A DNA stretch of 64,000 nucleotides from contig OY969767.1 of NCBI GenBank assembly GCA_963702895.1, positions 2,080,001 to 2,144,000 on the forward strand. Reading direction: 5' to 3'. The notes under the pieces were generated by a model. It saw only the letters and a list, made by a program, of their open reading frames with translations. It had not been told where the DNA came from and did not search any database. The translations under genes were made by a program, and so were the position numbers. Positions 8,942-19,273 of this stretch are shown piece after piece. The DNA is from an uncultured Elusimicrobia bacterium. GTDB lineage: Bacteria; Elusimicrobiota; Elusimicrobia; 2-01-FULL-59-12. Numbering within the stretch: position 1 is the stretch's first letter; each line of letters begins with the position of its first letter.

Positions 8942-10248
8942 TCTTCGATCCTGTAGAGCACGGTGCGCGCGCGGATATAGGACTTCCCGCCGATTTCCTT
9001 GAGCGCCCGTTCCATGACGGACTCGGCCACCGGATGGGTCAAAATCATAATGGGCACGCCTTTAATGTTTTTAAAACCGTGTTCCGGCTGATAGACGCCC
9101 GAAATCGACACGCCGAGCTTGCTCAAGATGCCGGAGATGCTGGCGAGCACCCCGGGGTGGTCCGAAACGGTGAAGCGCAAGTAAAATCGCGAAATCATCG
9201 CCTCTTTGGGCACCGCGCTCAAGTGCCGCCGGAAATCGCCTGAAATATAGGGGAGGCGGCCAGCCGTTCCCGCGGCGACTTGGCGGGCCAGGCACGCGAT
9301 ATCCGATACGATGGCGGAGGCCGCCGCCATTTGCCCGGCCCCTTTGCCGTAGAGCATGACATCCCCCACGGCATCGCCGTGAATCTCAATCGCGTTATAC
9401 TCGTTTTGGACATTCGCGAAAGGATGATTTTCGGGGATGAGCGTCGGATGAACGCGGACCTCAACGGAATTCTCCGAGAGTCTTGCGATTCCCAGCAGCT
9501 TGATCACATAGCCAAACTCACGGCGCACAAAACTCATGTCCCTGGGATCAACACGGGTGATCCCCTCCGTCACCACATCCCCCAGTCTCACCCAAGTCCC
9601 CGATGCAATGGAAGCAAGGATCGCGATTTTATGGGCGGCATCAACCCCTTCGACATCAAAAGTCGGATCGGCTTCCGCAAAACCCGCTTTCTGAGCTTCC
9701 TTAAGCGCCGCGAGGTAGCTGAAACCTGCCTGGCTCATGCGGGTGAGGACGTAATTGGTCGTGCCGTTCAAAATCCCCGTGATTTTAGAGATGCGGTTGC
9801 CAGCCAGGCCCTCGTTTAAAGCCTGGATGACCGGAATGCCTCCTCCGACAGAAGCCTCAAAATAGACCAGGCGCCGGTACATGCGGGTGTGCTCAAAGAC
9901 ATCCCCCCAATACTTGGCGAGCAGGGCCTTGTTGGCGGTCACCACGTGTTTGCCGGCACGGAGTGCTTTGAGGACCAAGGTGCGTGCCGGCTCATAGCCG
10001 CCAATGAGCTCGATAAAGATATCGATGTCGGGGTGGAGGATGACATCGTCCGCCTTGCGGGTGAAGATATTGTCCAGGCCTAATTTCCGGACCTCGGCCT
10101 TTGGCGTGCGTTTATCGCAAACCAAGGAAAGAATCACAGGCGCACCCACTTTAGCTTCAATCAGCGCGCGGCTTTTCTGAAGCATCTGAACGACGCCCGT
10201 CCCCACCGTCCCCAGCCCCACCAGGCCTAATCGTACGGGGTGTTTCAT
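8938..10248 (-). CDS. hom: Homoserine dehydrogenase with ACT domain
   Basis: [38 protein letters not shown]. Confidence 0.96.
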   Translation of the reverse strand: MKHPVRLGLVGLGTVGTGVVQMLQKSRALIEAKVGAPVILSLVCDKRTPKAEVRKLGLDNIFTRKADDVILHPDIDIFIELIGGYEPARTLVLKALRAGKHVVTANKALLAKYWGDVFEHTRMYRRLVYFEASVGGGIPVIQALNEGLAGNRISKITGILNGTTNYVLTRMSQAGFSYLAALKEAQKAGFAEADPTFDVEGVDAAHKIAILASIASGTWVRLGDVVTEGITRVDPRDMSFVRREFGYVIKLLGIARLSENSVEVRVHPTLIPENHPFANVQNEYNAIEIHGDAVGDVMLYGKGAGQMAAASAIVSDIACLARQVAAGTAGRLPYISGDFRRHLSAVPKEAMISRFYLRFTVSDHPGVLASISGILSKLGVSISGVYQPEHGFKNIKGVPIMILTHPVAESVMERALKEIGGKSYIRARTVLYRIEE

Positions 10249-11447
10249 GACGAAACCTTCGTTTTGATGGAAGCCATAAGTTTTTTAAAACGTAAAAGGA
10301 CGTCGTGAAACCGGTTATCATGGGTCACCAAAGACATTCGGATAAACCCTTCCCCTCCCGCGCCAAAACCCACGCCTGGCGCGACGGCGACGCCGGTTTC
10401 CCGCAACAATTTTTCAGCAAAGGCCAGCGACCCCATCGCACGAAAGGGCTCCGGCAGCGGCGCCCAAACGTACATGGTCGCCTTGGCTTTGGGGACTTGC
10501 CATCCCATCTTATTGAGACCCTCCACCAGATGGTCCCGCCGCTTGCGATACACGTCGAGCGTCGGGCGTACATTGGACGGCCATCCTTCCAGGGCCGCGA
10601 CGGCGGAGAGCTGAATAAAAGTGGGGGCGCCATAATCCAGAAAGGACTTAAACTTTTCTACGGCAGCCACGACGCGGGCGTTGCCGCACATCCAGCCGAT
10701 ACGCCACCCCGCCATGTTGTAAGTCTTGGAGCAAGAGTGGACTTCCAGACCCACCTGCATGGCGCCTTCGACTTCGAGGAAGCTGGGCGCCACGTAGTCA
10801 TCAAACGTGACTTCCGAATAGGCATTATCGTGGCAGACGATCAGATCGTACTTCTTCGCGAAGGCCACCCACTCTTTAAACACAGCCTTGTCCGGTACGA
10901 CAGCGGCGGTGGGGTTGTTGGGATAATTCAAGAAAAGGAGTTTTGATTTCCTGGCAACGCTTTCTGGAATTTTTTCAAGCTCAGGCAAATATTGGTTCTC
11001 GGGCTTCAGGGGAATCGAATACACCTCTCCCCCCGCAAGGATCACGCCGTTGAAATGAGCGGGGTAAGCAGGGTCTCCCACGAGCACCGTGTCCCCGGGA
11101 TTTAAGACCGCCATCGCCAGGTGCGCGATGCCCTCCTTGGAGCCGATGAGCGCCGTCACTTCCTGTTCCGGATCCAGTGACACCCCAAAACGCTTCTGCA
11201 TCCAGGCCGCAATGGTCTTGCGAAACTTGGGGATCCCTTTGGCCTGCGGATACCGATGTGTGGAAGGATGATGCTGAACGGTGTCGCAAAGACGATGCAC
11301 GATCGGGGCAGGGGTCGGTTGATCAGGGTTTCCCATGCCCAGGTCGATCACGTCCAATTTCTTGGCGTAGGCCTCCTTCTTAAGCTGCGTGATACGAGTG
11401 AATAAATAAGGAGGAAGCCGATTCAAACGATCGGAAAAATCCGGCAT
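10245..11447 (-). CDS. Class I/II PLP aminotransferase (AlaC / LL-DAP aminotransferase-like)
   Basis: IDLGMGNPD, LNYPNNPT, HDNAY, SCSKTYNMAGWRIG. Confidence 0.9.
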   Translation of the reverse strand: MPDFSDRLNRLPPYLFTRITQLKKEAYAKKLDVIDLGMGNPDQPTPAPIVHRLCDTVQHHPSTHRYPQAKGIPKFRKTIAAWMQKRFGVSLDPEQEVTALIGSKEGIAHLAMAVLNPGDTVLVGDPAYPAHFNGVILAGGEVYSIPLKPENQYLPELEKIPESVARKSKLLFLNYPNNPTAAVVPDKAVFKEWVAFAKKYDLIVCHDNAYSEVTFDDYVAPSFLEVEGAMQVGLEVHSCSKTYNMAGWRIGWMCGNARVVAAVEKFKSFLDYGAPTFIQLSAVAALEGWPSNVRPTLDVYRKRRDHLVEGLNKMGWQVPKAKATMYVWAPLPEPFRAMGSLAFAEKLLRETGVAVAPGVGFGAGGEGFIRMSLVTHDNRFHDVLLRFKKLMASIKTKVSS

Positions 11448-11494
11448 ATAACGCCGTTATCCTATCAAATATCGAGATTCGGTAACGAAGTCTA

Positions 11495-11821
11495 CTAGGC
11501 GGCCTGCGTTGGCGGCGGATTGGACGGCGCCACGACAGGGGCTGTGGACAGGCGAACCAGCTTCTTCAGCGAAAAGCTTGGCTTGAAAGAAACCTTCCGC
11601 CCGACGGGGATCTGAATGGTCTCACCCGTTTTGGGATTGCGCCCTTTGCGCGCCTTGCGGGATTTCACCTTGAAAGTGCCAAGACCAGAGAGCGAGACTT
11701 TATCGCCCACGCGCAGAGCTTCCCGGATCGTCTTGACGAGAGCTTTGACCGATCTTGAAGCCTGGGACTTTTTGACTCGTGCCTCTTTGGATACACGCTG
11801 GATTAACTGTACTTTATTCAT
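11495..11821 (-). CDS. hup: HU/IHF family DNA-binding protein
   Basis: MNKxQLI, GLGTF, RKGRNPKTGE. Confidence 0.93.
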   Translation of the reverse strand: MNKVQLIQRVSKEARVKKSQASRSVKALVKTIREALRVGDKVSLSGLGTFKVKSRKARKGRNPKTGETIQIPVGRKVSFKPSFSLKKLVRLSTAPVVAPSNPPPTQAA

Positions 11822-11947
11822 CTCTGCTCCCCTCCTCCTAACACACCTTTAAAAATTGACCTTAAATACATATCGATTCTTCACTACTCTTGCCAGTCGA
11901 TTTCTAACAGATTTAATTTTGACTGTCAATGGCTATTTTTCAATACG

Positions 11948-11978
11948 AAAAAGAAGCCCCGATGATGGAGATCGGGGC
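11948..11978 (-). terminator. Intrinsic terminator after rpsI
   Basis: Stem GCCCCGAT/ATCGGGGC followed on the minus strand by TTCTTTTT. Confidence 0.75.
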
Positions 11979-12013
11979 CTTCCTTAATAGGACGTACATA
12001 AATGAGGCTAAAT

Positions 12014-12421
12014 TTAGCGTTTGGAGTACTGGAAGCGTTTGCGAGCTTTTGGACGCCCTGGTTTTTTGCGCTCTACCATACGAGAATCGCGGGTCAAAAG
12101 GCCTTCTTTTCGCATAGCGATTCGCATTGAATTATCAAGCCGTGAAAATGCCCTGGCCACGCCGTGTGCAATAGCACCTGCCTGCCCTGTGACGCCGCCG
12201 CCAAGAACATCCACCCAAATATCATATTGCTGGCCGACTTTGGCGACTTCGAAGGGCCGCATGACGCCCCATTTCGCTCGGGTATGACCGCCAAAATACT
12301 CTTCCAAGTTCTTGTCATTGATCACAAGCTTTCCGCTGCCCGGCACAAGCCGCACACGTGCCGTCGCGTTCTTCCGACGACCGGTAGCCCAAACGGGATA
12401 AGCGATATTGGCGGGTGACAT
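12014..12421 (-). CDS. rpsI: 30S ribosomal protein S9
   Basis: TGRRK, GGGVTGQAGA, LTRDSRMVERKKPG, FQYSKR. Confidence 0.98.
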   Translation of the reverse strand: MSPANIAYPVWATGRRKNATARVRLVPGSGKLVINDKNLEEYFGGHTRAKWGVMRPFEVAKVGQQYDIWVDVLGGGVTGQAGAIAHGVARAFSRLDNSMRIAMRKEGLLTRDSRMVERKKPGRPKARKRFQYSKR

Positions 12422-12426
12422 AAATT

Positions 12427-12864
12427 TTAAGAGAGCGCGTACGCCTGCGGCTGCTGAGCGGCATGGGGGTGCTTGGCATCCCGGTAGACCTTGAGGCGGG
12501 TCATCATCCGTTCTCGGAGCTTGCTTTTGGTGAGCATCGTGCTCACGGCTTTTTCGACGGCTCGTTCAGGATTTTCAACCATCAACCGGCTATAGGGAAC
12601 GAGTTTGAGCCCTCCTGGATACAGGGAGTGGCTGTAGGCGACTTTCTGTTCCAGCTTTTTGCCGGTCAATTTCACGTCGGCGGCATTAATCACGACGACA
12701 AAATCACCCTCGTCAAGATACGGCGTAAAGGTTGGCTTCCCCTTACCGCGTAAAAGTTGCGCCACACGAGTCGCTAAACGTCCAAGCACCTGGCCTTTGG
12801 CGTCAATCATATGCCACTGGCGCGTGGGCGCGTGGCCTTGCTTGGGAAAATAGGTGGTTTTCAT
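12427..12864 (-). CDS. rplM: 50S ribosomal protein L13
   Basis: LGRLAT, GKGKPTFTP, GDFVVVINA, HPHAAQQP. Confidence 0.98.
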   Translation of the reverse strand: MKTTYFPKQGHAPTRQWHMIDAKGQVLGRLATRVAQLLRGKGKPTFTPYLDEGDFVVVINAADVKLTGKKLEQKVAYSHSLYPGGLKLVPYSRLMVENPERAVEKAVSTMLTKSKLRERMMTRLKVYRDAKHPHAAQQPQAYALS

Positions 12865-12879
12865 GAAGCGGCAATTGTA

Positions 12880-13521
12880 TCAAAGGTGCTGATAATGGGC
12901 AAGGCCAAAGGGCTGGTTCAAAGCGGCCTGCGACAGACGCAAAAGGAAGAAGGTAAAGGCCTTCAAGGCTTCCGGGCCTGAGCGCTCTGAGACGAACGGG
13001 ACCTTTTCGGGGTTGCCGTAGAGACCGAGCGAGTTGCGCAGGATGAAGTGATGGCCGAGACAAAGGACCCCGTCAACAGCCTGGCCGGAGGAAGCCCCTA
13101 GAAAGGAAGTCAGTTCTGACAGAGAAATAGGCTCAAAGCTGACGGCCAGGCACGCGATCTCCGACTTGCGCTTCTTGTCGAGCTTTTTAAGCTGCTTCAC
13201 GAGCGCCCCATACTGCGTCAGGTCATGTTCCGACCAGTTCTTAATTTGTAGCGTAAAGACGACTCCATCAGCCAAGAAGCTGCTCGCGTTTCCCTGCCCA
13301 AAAGGCGGAAAATTATCCGTTGTGGCGATGGCGTCAAAGGGACCCGCCTGCCTCTCTTTGAGATCAATAATCGTGCCGGGGCCCATTCGGATGGAGGTGG
13401 GAAGCAAGTTCCGGATTTGCCCAGCGAAGAAGCCGACGGCGGCCGACGGCTTTTTCGCTTTTTTATACTCCCCGAGAAGATGCTCGGTCAAATTGGAAAA
13501 ACTCTCGGTGATCGCTCCCAT
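12880..13521 (-). CDS. Hypothetical protein, possibly a degenerate PD-(D/E)xK (DUF6602-like) fold
   Basis: LLP..IRMGPGTIID...GPFDAI...P...FLADGVVFTLQIK pattern; family assignment by eye only. Confidence 0.55.
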   Translation of the reverse strand: MGAITESFSNLTEHLLGEYKKAKKPSAAVGFFAGQIRNLLPTSIRMGPGTIIDLKERQAGPFDAIATTDNFPPFGQGNASSFLADGVVFTLQIKNWSEHDLTQYGALVKQLKKLDKKRKSEIACLAVSFEPISLSELTSFLGASSGQAVDGVLCLGHHFILRNSLGLYGNPEKVPFVSERSGPEALKAFTFFLLRLSQAALNQPFGLAHYQHL

Positions 13522-13531
13522 AAGCTCCTTT

Positions 13532-14260
13532 TTAGCAAAGTTCCGCGAACGTCGCCAGCGAAATACACCGCTTTTGAAGTTCCTCTCGAATGGCGGTGGA
13601 GGTGCAATGGGAAAGCTCTTTTTCCCTCCAAGGTTCCCCTTGTCCTGGATGCACCATCAGTTCTGCCGTTTCGAACGGAAGCGACAAATCCAAATAGCGA
13701 TAGCCGGGAAGACTGGACTCGACCGCTTCCCAGCCTGCGAAAAAAGTGTCGACGCAACACAAACCAAAACGAGACAGCAAATCTTTGACCCAGGCTGTCG
13801 GCAGGCCTGGGTAGAGGCCCTCATAATAACCCTCGAAATACCGGATCATGGGAATCTTGTGTTTTGCGGCCAGCGCCGCAATCGTCGCGATGAGCTCTGG
13901 CCTGAGGTGGACGTGATGGTGGCCATCCAAATGATGGACCGGCAGACCGGTTGATCGTGCTGCGTTGATTTGCGCTTCCGTCTCTGTGGCGATCGCCTCC
14001 AGGGGTAGTCCAGGGTCCTTATAAGCGACCAGCCGTCCCGCGCCGTGTTCCACCTCAAAAAAAGAGTCGAGATCCAGATGCAGCCCAATCCCCAATCTCG
14101 GGTTGGCTTTGGCGAAGTTCACGGCTTCCTCAAACCCCTCGCGCGTGGTCATGAGACTGGCGCTGGTCACGATCCCCTTTTGGTGCGCTTCGATGATGCC
14201 CTGGTTGATCGAGGAGGAACGACCGAAATCATCAGCGTTTACGACCAGTTTCTTGGTCAA
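13532..14260 (-). CDS. YdjC/ChbG/HpnK family carbohydrate deacetylase
   Basis: VNADDFG, GIVTSASLM, GLHLDL, HLDGHHHVH, ELMVHPG. Confidence 0.92.
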   Translation of the reverse strand: MTKKLVVNADDFGRSSSINQGIIEAHQKGIVTSASLMTTREGFEEAVNFAKANPRLGIGLHLDLDSFFEVEHGAGRLVAYKDPGLPLEAIATETEAQINAARSTGLPVHHLDGHHHVHLRPELIATIAALAAKHKIPMIRYFEGYYEGLYPGLPTAWVKDLLSRFGLCCVDTFFAGWEAVESSLPGYRYLDLSLPFETAELMVHPGQGEPWREKELSHCTSTAIREELQKRCISLATFAELC

Positions 14261-15285
14261 AGAAAGCCTTTTTCAATCATCACTTCGGCGATCTGCACAC
14301 CGTTGAGCGCAGCCCCTTTGAGCAGCTGATCTCCGGCCACAAAGAGTGCAATGGATTTCCCGGAAGGGTCACTCCAGTCCTGGCGTATCCGCCCGACGAG
14401 CACCTCCCCTTGCCCCGTCGCATCCTTGGGCATTGGAAAATAGTTTTTCTCGGGATCGTCCACCACTTTCACACCAGGCGCGCTTTGAAGAAGAGATTTC
14501 ACCTCCGCTGGACTGATGGGGCGCTCACACTCAAGGGTCAAGGCCTCGGAGTGCGCGCGCAGAACGGGGACGCGCACACAGGTGGCGCTCACCCGGATGT
14601 CAGGGTCGCCAAATATCTTTCGCGTTTCGTTGGCCATCTTGATTTCCTCTTCGTTGTAGCCGGTCGCTGGATCCACTTTGGAATTGTGGCTGAAGAGATT
14701 AAACGCATAGGGGTGTGGAAGGACCGTGTGCTGATACTCTTTCTTGTCCAAATGCGCGCGTGTGGACTCCATGAGCTCCTTCATAGCCGCCGCCCCGGCA
14801 CCGGAGGCGGCCTGGTAGGTGGCAGCGATCAGCCTGCGGATGCGATTTTTCTTATGGATCGGCCAGAGCGGCGTGATCGCGATAATGGTGGAGCAATTGG
14901 GATTAGCGATAATGCCCGGATGGCCAAGGATGGCCTCTGGATTAATCTCCGGAATCACGAGAGGTACTTTCGGATCCATACGAAAAGCGGAAGAATTATC
15001 AATGACCACCGTACCCGACTGCACCGCAAGGGGAGCAAATTTCTTGGAAATTGACCCGCCCGCGCTAAAAAACGCCAGGTCGATCCCAACAAAACTCTTC
15101 TCCGTCAATTCATCGACGGTGATCTTCTTCCCGCAAAAAACCATCTGTTTGCCTTTGGAGCGAGCGGAAGCCAGGAGCGTCATCTCCGCTATGGGGAACT
15201 TGCGGTCCTCAAGGCATCGTAGAAACTCCACCCCAACGGCTCCGGTGGCGCCAACAACGGCTACGTGATACTTTCGAGTTGCCAT
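14257..15285 (-). CDS. asd: Aspartate-semialdehyde dehydrogenase
   Basis: VGATGAVG, IDNSSAFRM, ANPNCST, TCVRVPVLRAHS, LLKGAALN. Confidence 0.97.
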   Translation of the reverse strand: MATRKYHVAVVGATGAVGVEFLRCLEDRKFPIAEMTLLASARSKGKQMVFCGKKITVDELTEKSFVGIDLAFFSAGGSISKKFAPLAVQSGTVVIDNSSAFRMDPKVPLVIPEINPEAILGHPGIIANPNCSTIIAITPLWPIHKKNRIRRLIAATYQAASGAGAAAMKELMESTRAHLDKKEYQHTVLPHPYAFNLFSHNSKVDPATGYNEEEIKMANETRKIFGDPDIRVSATCVRVPVLRAHSEALTLECERPISPAEVKSLLQSAPGVKVVDDPEKNYFPMPKDATGQGEVLVGRIRQDWSDPSGKSIALFVAGDQLLKGAALNGVQIAEVMIEKGFL

Positions 15286-15367
15286 AGAAGCGGCTATTTT
15301 AGCAGGCCCTTCCTTTATAGTGCAATTCTCGCAGAGGCATCCTGTTTGCCCGGCCCGACGACGTAAG

Positions 15368-15423
15368 AATTAACTTACGCGTAACACAATCGTCATATTG
15401 CTGTAACTTCACCGGGATACCAT
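15368..15423 (+). promoter_or_regulatory. Pho-box-like (OmpR/PhoB family) promoter
   Basis: Half-sites TTAAC/GTAAC/GTCAT/GTAAC at 15370, 15381, 15392 and 15403 (11-bp period); TACCAT -10 at 15418, 10 bp after the last half-site. Confidence 0.7.
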
Positions 15424-15468
15424 TGGGGTCGACAGTATCGAGGTTTGTTGGGGGGGTGGAATTTCCCC

Positions 15469-15497
15469 TTGACCATCAAAAAAGCCTCTGTTAAACT
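15469..15497 (+). promoter_or_regulatory. Sigma70-type promoter for the TPR operon
   Basis: TTGACC-17 bp-TAAACT with extended -10 TG at 15489-15490. Confidence 0.7.
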
Positions 15498-15556
15498 GGC
15501 CATGGACAAATGGGGTCAAAATGCTCATCGATATTGCCGCTTAAAATCAACCTACA

Positions 15557-18500
15557 ATGAAAAGGTCATTAACATCTTTTGAGAGGCCAAGGTTTCTGCG
15601 CGTTATCTGCGCGGGAATCCTGACTTGGTGTTCAACCTTCAATCTGGGACTTGAGGCCCAGGAGAAAAAAGTTTTCTCCCATGTCGCTGATGTGAAGCTT
15701 GGCAATGACGATGCCCTTCTCGATGTTTACAAATCCCTCTCGGAGCGCTTTGAGGACGAATATCGCGCCATTGGGACCGCCTATACGGTTGGCGAAAATC
15801 TTTATATGCAAAAACGATTCGATGATGCCATCAAGAATTTTGACATGGTCATCGCACGGGCCAGCAAGAAGCACGCTTTTCTGGCCGACGCAGCTCGACT
15901 GCGCCTCGCCCAATCTTATCTTATGAACGGCGCGTCCTCCATGGCTCTTGTGAAAGCACGCGACGTGGCGAATTCTTCGAATAAATTCCTCGCCGCGGAG
16001 GCGTGGTACGCGTTGTCTCGGGGGTATCTGGCCAGCGGCAAAATCGACCGCGCCGAAGACGCCTATAAAAACATTCTGACCGTCAACCCTGTCTATGGGG
16101 GTCGTCTGAAGGTCGATCTCCTTTCCGGGCTTTTGGCCTACGAGAAGGGAGCTTATTTGGACGCCGCGATCCACTTTCAAAAACATTCGGACAATATTCC
16201 ATCGCTCTACTATTCCATCGCGTGTTTCTGCCAGATGAAGGACATCGCCAAGGCCGTTTCGGCCTATCAAAATCTTCTCGCCAGGGCTAAGAAGGGCACC
16301 TGGGTCGACCGCGCGCGCATCCTGATCGGCGAAGCCATCTACCAGACCAAAGATTATGACCTCGCGATGACCTTCTTTGGTCCAGTCAGCCGTCGGGACG
16401 CTCCAGTCCATTTGCGCGTGCTGGCCCTGTATCGCCTGGCCTGCATCGACTTTCAAAAGAAAAACTACACGCGCTGTGAGCTCACCTTGCAAAACCTTCT
16501 TAAAGATTTTCCCAACCACGCCCTGCGGACCGATTGGCTCTATCTGATCGCGACCATTCCGGTCTATCAGCGCGACTGGAACCGCACGATCAAGGAAGAA
16601 GGACGCTTTGCTTCCAGCGGCAAAGGCTCAACGCCAGCCCCGCGTTCGATTCCCCAAGACCAGCTCGCCCCCGAAGCTCAGTTCCGCGTCATTTGGGCGA
16701 CCATGGCCCTTGGAAAATACGCCGACGTCACACGACTTACGGACAAGTTCTACCGAAAGTATGAGCAGAACCCCTTAAGCGGCTACGCCTTGCTCTTGCA
16801 AGGGGTCGCTTACGATCAACTGAATAACACGGACAAGGCCATTGACGCCTATCAGACCATTGTCGACCTCTATCCTCATAGTCCAGCCGCTGGCAAAGCC
16901 GTCTACCTCATGACGCTAAGCCTCCACAAAGCGAAGGAACCGACCAGGATCGTGAGCGCCTTGAACCATCTCAATGAAAACCTGCAGCGCCAAGAAGAGA
17001 TCAAGTCCGACGCGTGGCGCAAGATCACCCTCTATTGGATCGCGGAGGGGTATTACTCCATTCAGGACTATGTTCATGCGGAACAAACCTATCAACGGTT
17101 TGTGGATCTTGCACCCGATCATCCGATGACCCCCTACGCCCTTCAAGGCCTTGCGGCAAGCCTTGCCTCTCAGGGGCCTGAGAAAATCGACAAAGCCAAG
17201 GTCTATATGCAACAAGCCATGCAGCGCGCCCAGGAGCTGGGCAACGGCCCTGTGGCGGCTGACGCGAAACTCCAGTACGGCAAGATCCTCTTTAATCAGA
17301 AGAACTATGATCTCGCCCTGGCCCAATTTGACAGCTATGTGCAGGAATCGACCAGCACCGCCCGCGTCGCGGAAGCGCTCTTTGCGGCCGGCAAAACGTT
17401 GTACAACCAGCAGTATTTCACGGAGGCCATCGCGCGGTGGAAGCAGCTGATCGATGGCTATCGCTTCTCCCCCCTACGCATTGAATCTTATCTGAAAACG
17501 GGCCAGACCCGGTTTGGACTGGGCCAGTACGATCAAGCGATCGCCGCTTATCAGTCGCTTGTGGCCAACTATCCCAACACCCCCCAAGCGCAGGAGGCCC
17601 AGTTCCAGATTATTCAGTGCTACTACAACAAAGGGGACCTGCGGAGCGCCTATCAGCAATTCTCCGCGTTTAAAAACAGTTTTCCTGCGGATGAGCGGAT
17701 CCGGGGAGTTTGCGAAAACCTTCTGGCCTCCTACCAAAACCAGGCTGGCGCCTCCTCGACGCTCCACTCCGCGGAACTCAGCGATCTCTTGAGGTCCTGT
17801 CAGGGCTCGGGCACGGCTTCCGCGATCCTCTGGGAGCGCGGGGCGAATCTTTTCAACAAGAAGGATTATGCCGCCGCGCAAAAATATTTCCAACGCATCA
17901 TGCTATCGTACCCCAACGATGATTACGCCGGCCAAGCTTACTATTACAACGCGGAATGCTATTTCTTCCTGAACGACATGGACCAGGCGGCTGGCGCCTA
18001 CAAGAGCTTTTTCATCAACTACCCCAATGACAAAATGGTTCCGCAGGCCATGTACCAGGTGGGCGTGAGCTTCTTTAAGAAATCCGACTTTAAAAAAGCG
18101 GCAGAGGCTTTCGATGAGTTCGTCAAGCGCTACCCGCAGCATTCGCTGGCCAAAGACGCCGCCATCAATGTGGCGCTGTGCTACAAAAAGGCCTTCCGCT
18201 TAGATGAGGCGATCACGTCCTATCGCAACTATCTGCTGCTTTATCCGAACGACCCCAAAGTGCCCTTCGTCCGCATGCAAATCGGGTCGCTCAAAGCCAC
18301 CAAAGGAAATTTCAAAGAGGCCATCGCTGAATACGAGTCCGTGCCCTCCGGCACCGCCGAACGGGCCGAGGCCCAGTACCGAATAGGTGAGGCTTACCAA
18401 AACCTCCATCAGACGGACCAGGCCCTGGCCGCATGGCAAAGACTTTTGACCATCGGGCCTCGTGACAACGAATTTCGTATCGCAGGGCTTCTCGAGGCTG

Positions 18501-18637
18501 CTAAAATCCTCGAAGCCAAAGGGTCTTCGCAAGGGTTGGCCACGATTTACTCGGATATTGCCGGATCGAGCAAGAACCAGCAGATCGTGCTCCACGCCCG
18601 GCAACAATTGAAGCAGCTAAAAGGAGGAGCACAATAA
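15557..18637 (+). CDS. Large exported tetratricopeptide-repeat protein (YbgF/BamD-like repeats)
   Basis: Probable signal peptide (..LGLEA|Q); many YP-x-S/T-P-x-A-type TPR units over 1026 aa. Confidence 0.88.
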   Translation: MKRSLTSFERPRFLRVICAGILTWCSTFNLGLEAQEKKVFSHVADVKLGNDDALLDVYKSLSERFEDEYRAIGTAYTVGENLYMQKRFDDAIKNFDMVIARASKKHAFLADAARLRLAQSYLMNGASSMALVKARDVANSSNKFLAAEAWYALSRGYLASGKIDRAEDAYKNILTVNPVYGGRLKVDLLSGLLAYEKGAYLDAAIHFQKHSDNIPSLYYSIACFCQMKDIAKAVSAYQNLLARAKKGTWVDRARILIGEAIYQTKDYDLAMTFFGPVSRRDAPVHLRVLALYRLACIDFQKKNYTRCELTLQNLLKDFPNHALRTDWLYLIATIPVYQRDWNRTIKEEGRFASSGKGSTPAPRSIPQDQLAPEAQFRVIWATMALGKYADVTRLTDKFYRKYEQNPLSGYALLLQGVAYDQLNNTDKAIDAYQTIVDLYPHSPAAGKAVYLMTLSLHKAKEPTRIVSALNHLNENLQRQEEIKSDAWRKITLYWIAEGYYSIQDYVHAEQTYQRFVDLAPDHPMTPYALQGLAASLASQGPEKIDKAKVYMQQAMQRAQELGNGPVAADAKLQYGKILFNQKNYDLALAQFDSYVQESTSTARVAEALFAAGKTLYNQQYFTEAIARWKQLIDGYRFSPLRIESYLKTGQTRFGLGQYDQAIAAYQSLVANYPNTPQAQEAQFQIIQCYYNKGDLRSAYQQFSAFKNSFPADERIRGVCENLLASYQNQAGASSTLHSAELSDLLRSCQGSGTASAILWERGANLFNKKDYAAAQKYFQRIMLSYPNDDYAGQAYYYNAECYFFLNDMDQAAGAYKSFFINYPNDKMVPQAMYQVGVSFFKKSDFKKAAEAFDEFVKRYPQHSLAKDAAINVALCYKKAFRLDEAITSYRNYLLLYPNDPKVPFVRMQIGSLKATKGNFKEAIAEYESVPSGTAERAEAQYRIGEAYQNLHQTDQALAAWQRLLTIGPRDNEFRIAGLLEAAKILEAKGSSQGLATIYSDIAGSSKNQQIVLHARQQLKQLKGGAQ

Positions 18638-19270
18638 ATGGAACACATGACATTGATCGGTATTCTCAAAATCAGTCTGGTCATTCCCGTCCTGATGGTC
18701 TGTTCGGTCATTATGGTGGCGTACTTCTTCGAGCGTTTCTGGGCGTTCATGAGAGTCGGAAGCTTGGACGGCGTCGTCGCCGAGCGCATCAAACAGTGCG
18801 TTCGCCAGGGACAAATCAAGGAAGCGATCGCGCATTGTGCGAAGAACCCGGGCTTCATCACCCACGCGCTGGAAGTCGCCCTCAATGCCGCCCACTTCCC
18901 GAGAGAAGAGATGGAGAGCATTCTTTCGCTCTACCACATGAAACTCCAGGGCCTCTTGAACAAGCACCTGGCGGTTTTCGGGACCTTCGCCTTCATCGGG
19001 CCTCTCCTGGGGCTTTTGGGGACCGTCCTCGGCGTGATCCGCGCCTTCCGTGACCTTGCTCTGTCGGGGTCCGGTGGTCCGACCATCGTCGCTGCAGGGA
19101 TCGCAGAAGCCTTGATCGCAACGGCGGTCGGAATCGCTGTGGCGGTCACGTCTTCACTGATCTACAACTACTTCACGGCACGCGTGCGCACCATTGTCAC
19201 GCAGTTTGACCTCTTAAGCCAAGAAGTTGCGATTCTCGTTTATACAGGAAGCGAGAAAGGGCATAGGTGA
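18638..19270 (+). CDS. MotA/TolQ/ExbB proton channel
   Basis: PLLGLLGTVLGVIRAF, AGIAEALIATAVGIAVA; AGGAG RBS. Confidence 0.95.
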   Translation: MEHMTLIGILKISLVIPVLMVCSVIMVAYFFERFWAFMRVGSLDGVVAERIKQCVRQGQIKEAIAHCAKNPGFITHALEVALNAAHFPREEMESILSLYHMKLQGLLNKHLAVFGTFAFIGPLLGLLGTVLGVIRAFRDLALSGSGGPTIVAAGIAEALIATAVGIAVAVTSSLIYNYFTARVRTIVTQFDLLSQEVAILVYTGSEKGHR

Positions 19271-19273
19271 TTT

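Noticed and set aside
11895..11929. Promoter for HU (minus-strand TTGACA at 11924-11929)
   Set aside because: Perfect -35 but no convincing -10 at 16-18 bp spacing; not called.
15450..15456. G7 tract as a phase-variation switch
   Set aside because: Too short and outside the promoter spacers; no supporting evidence.
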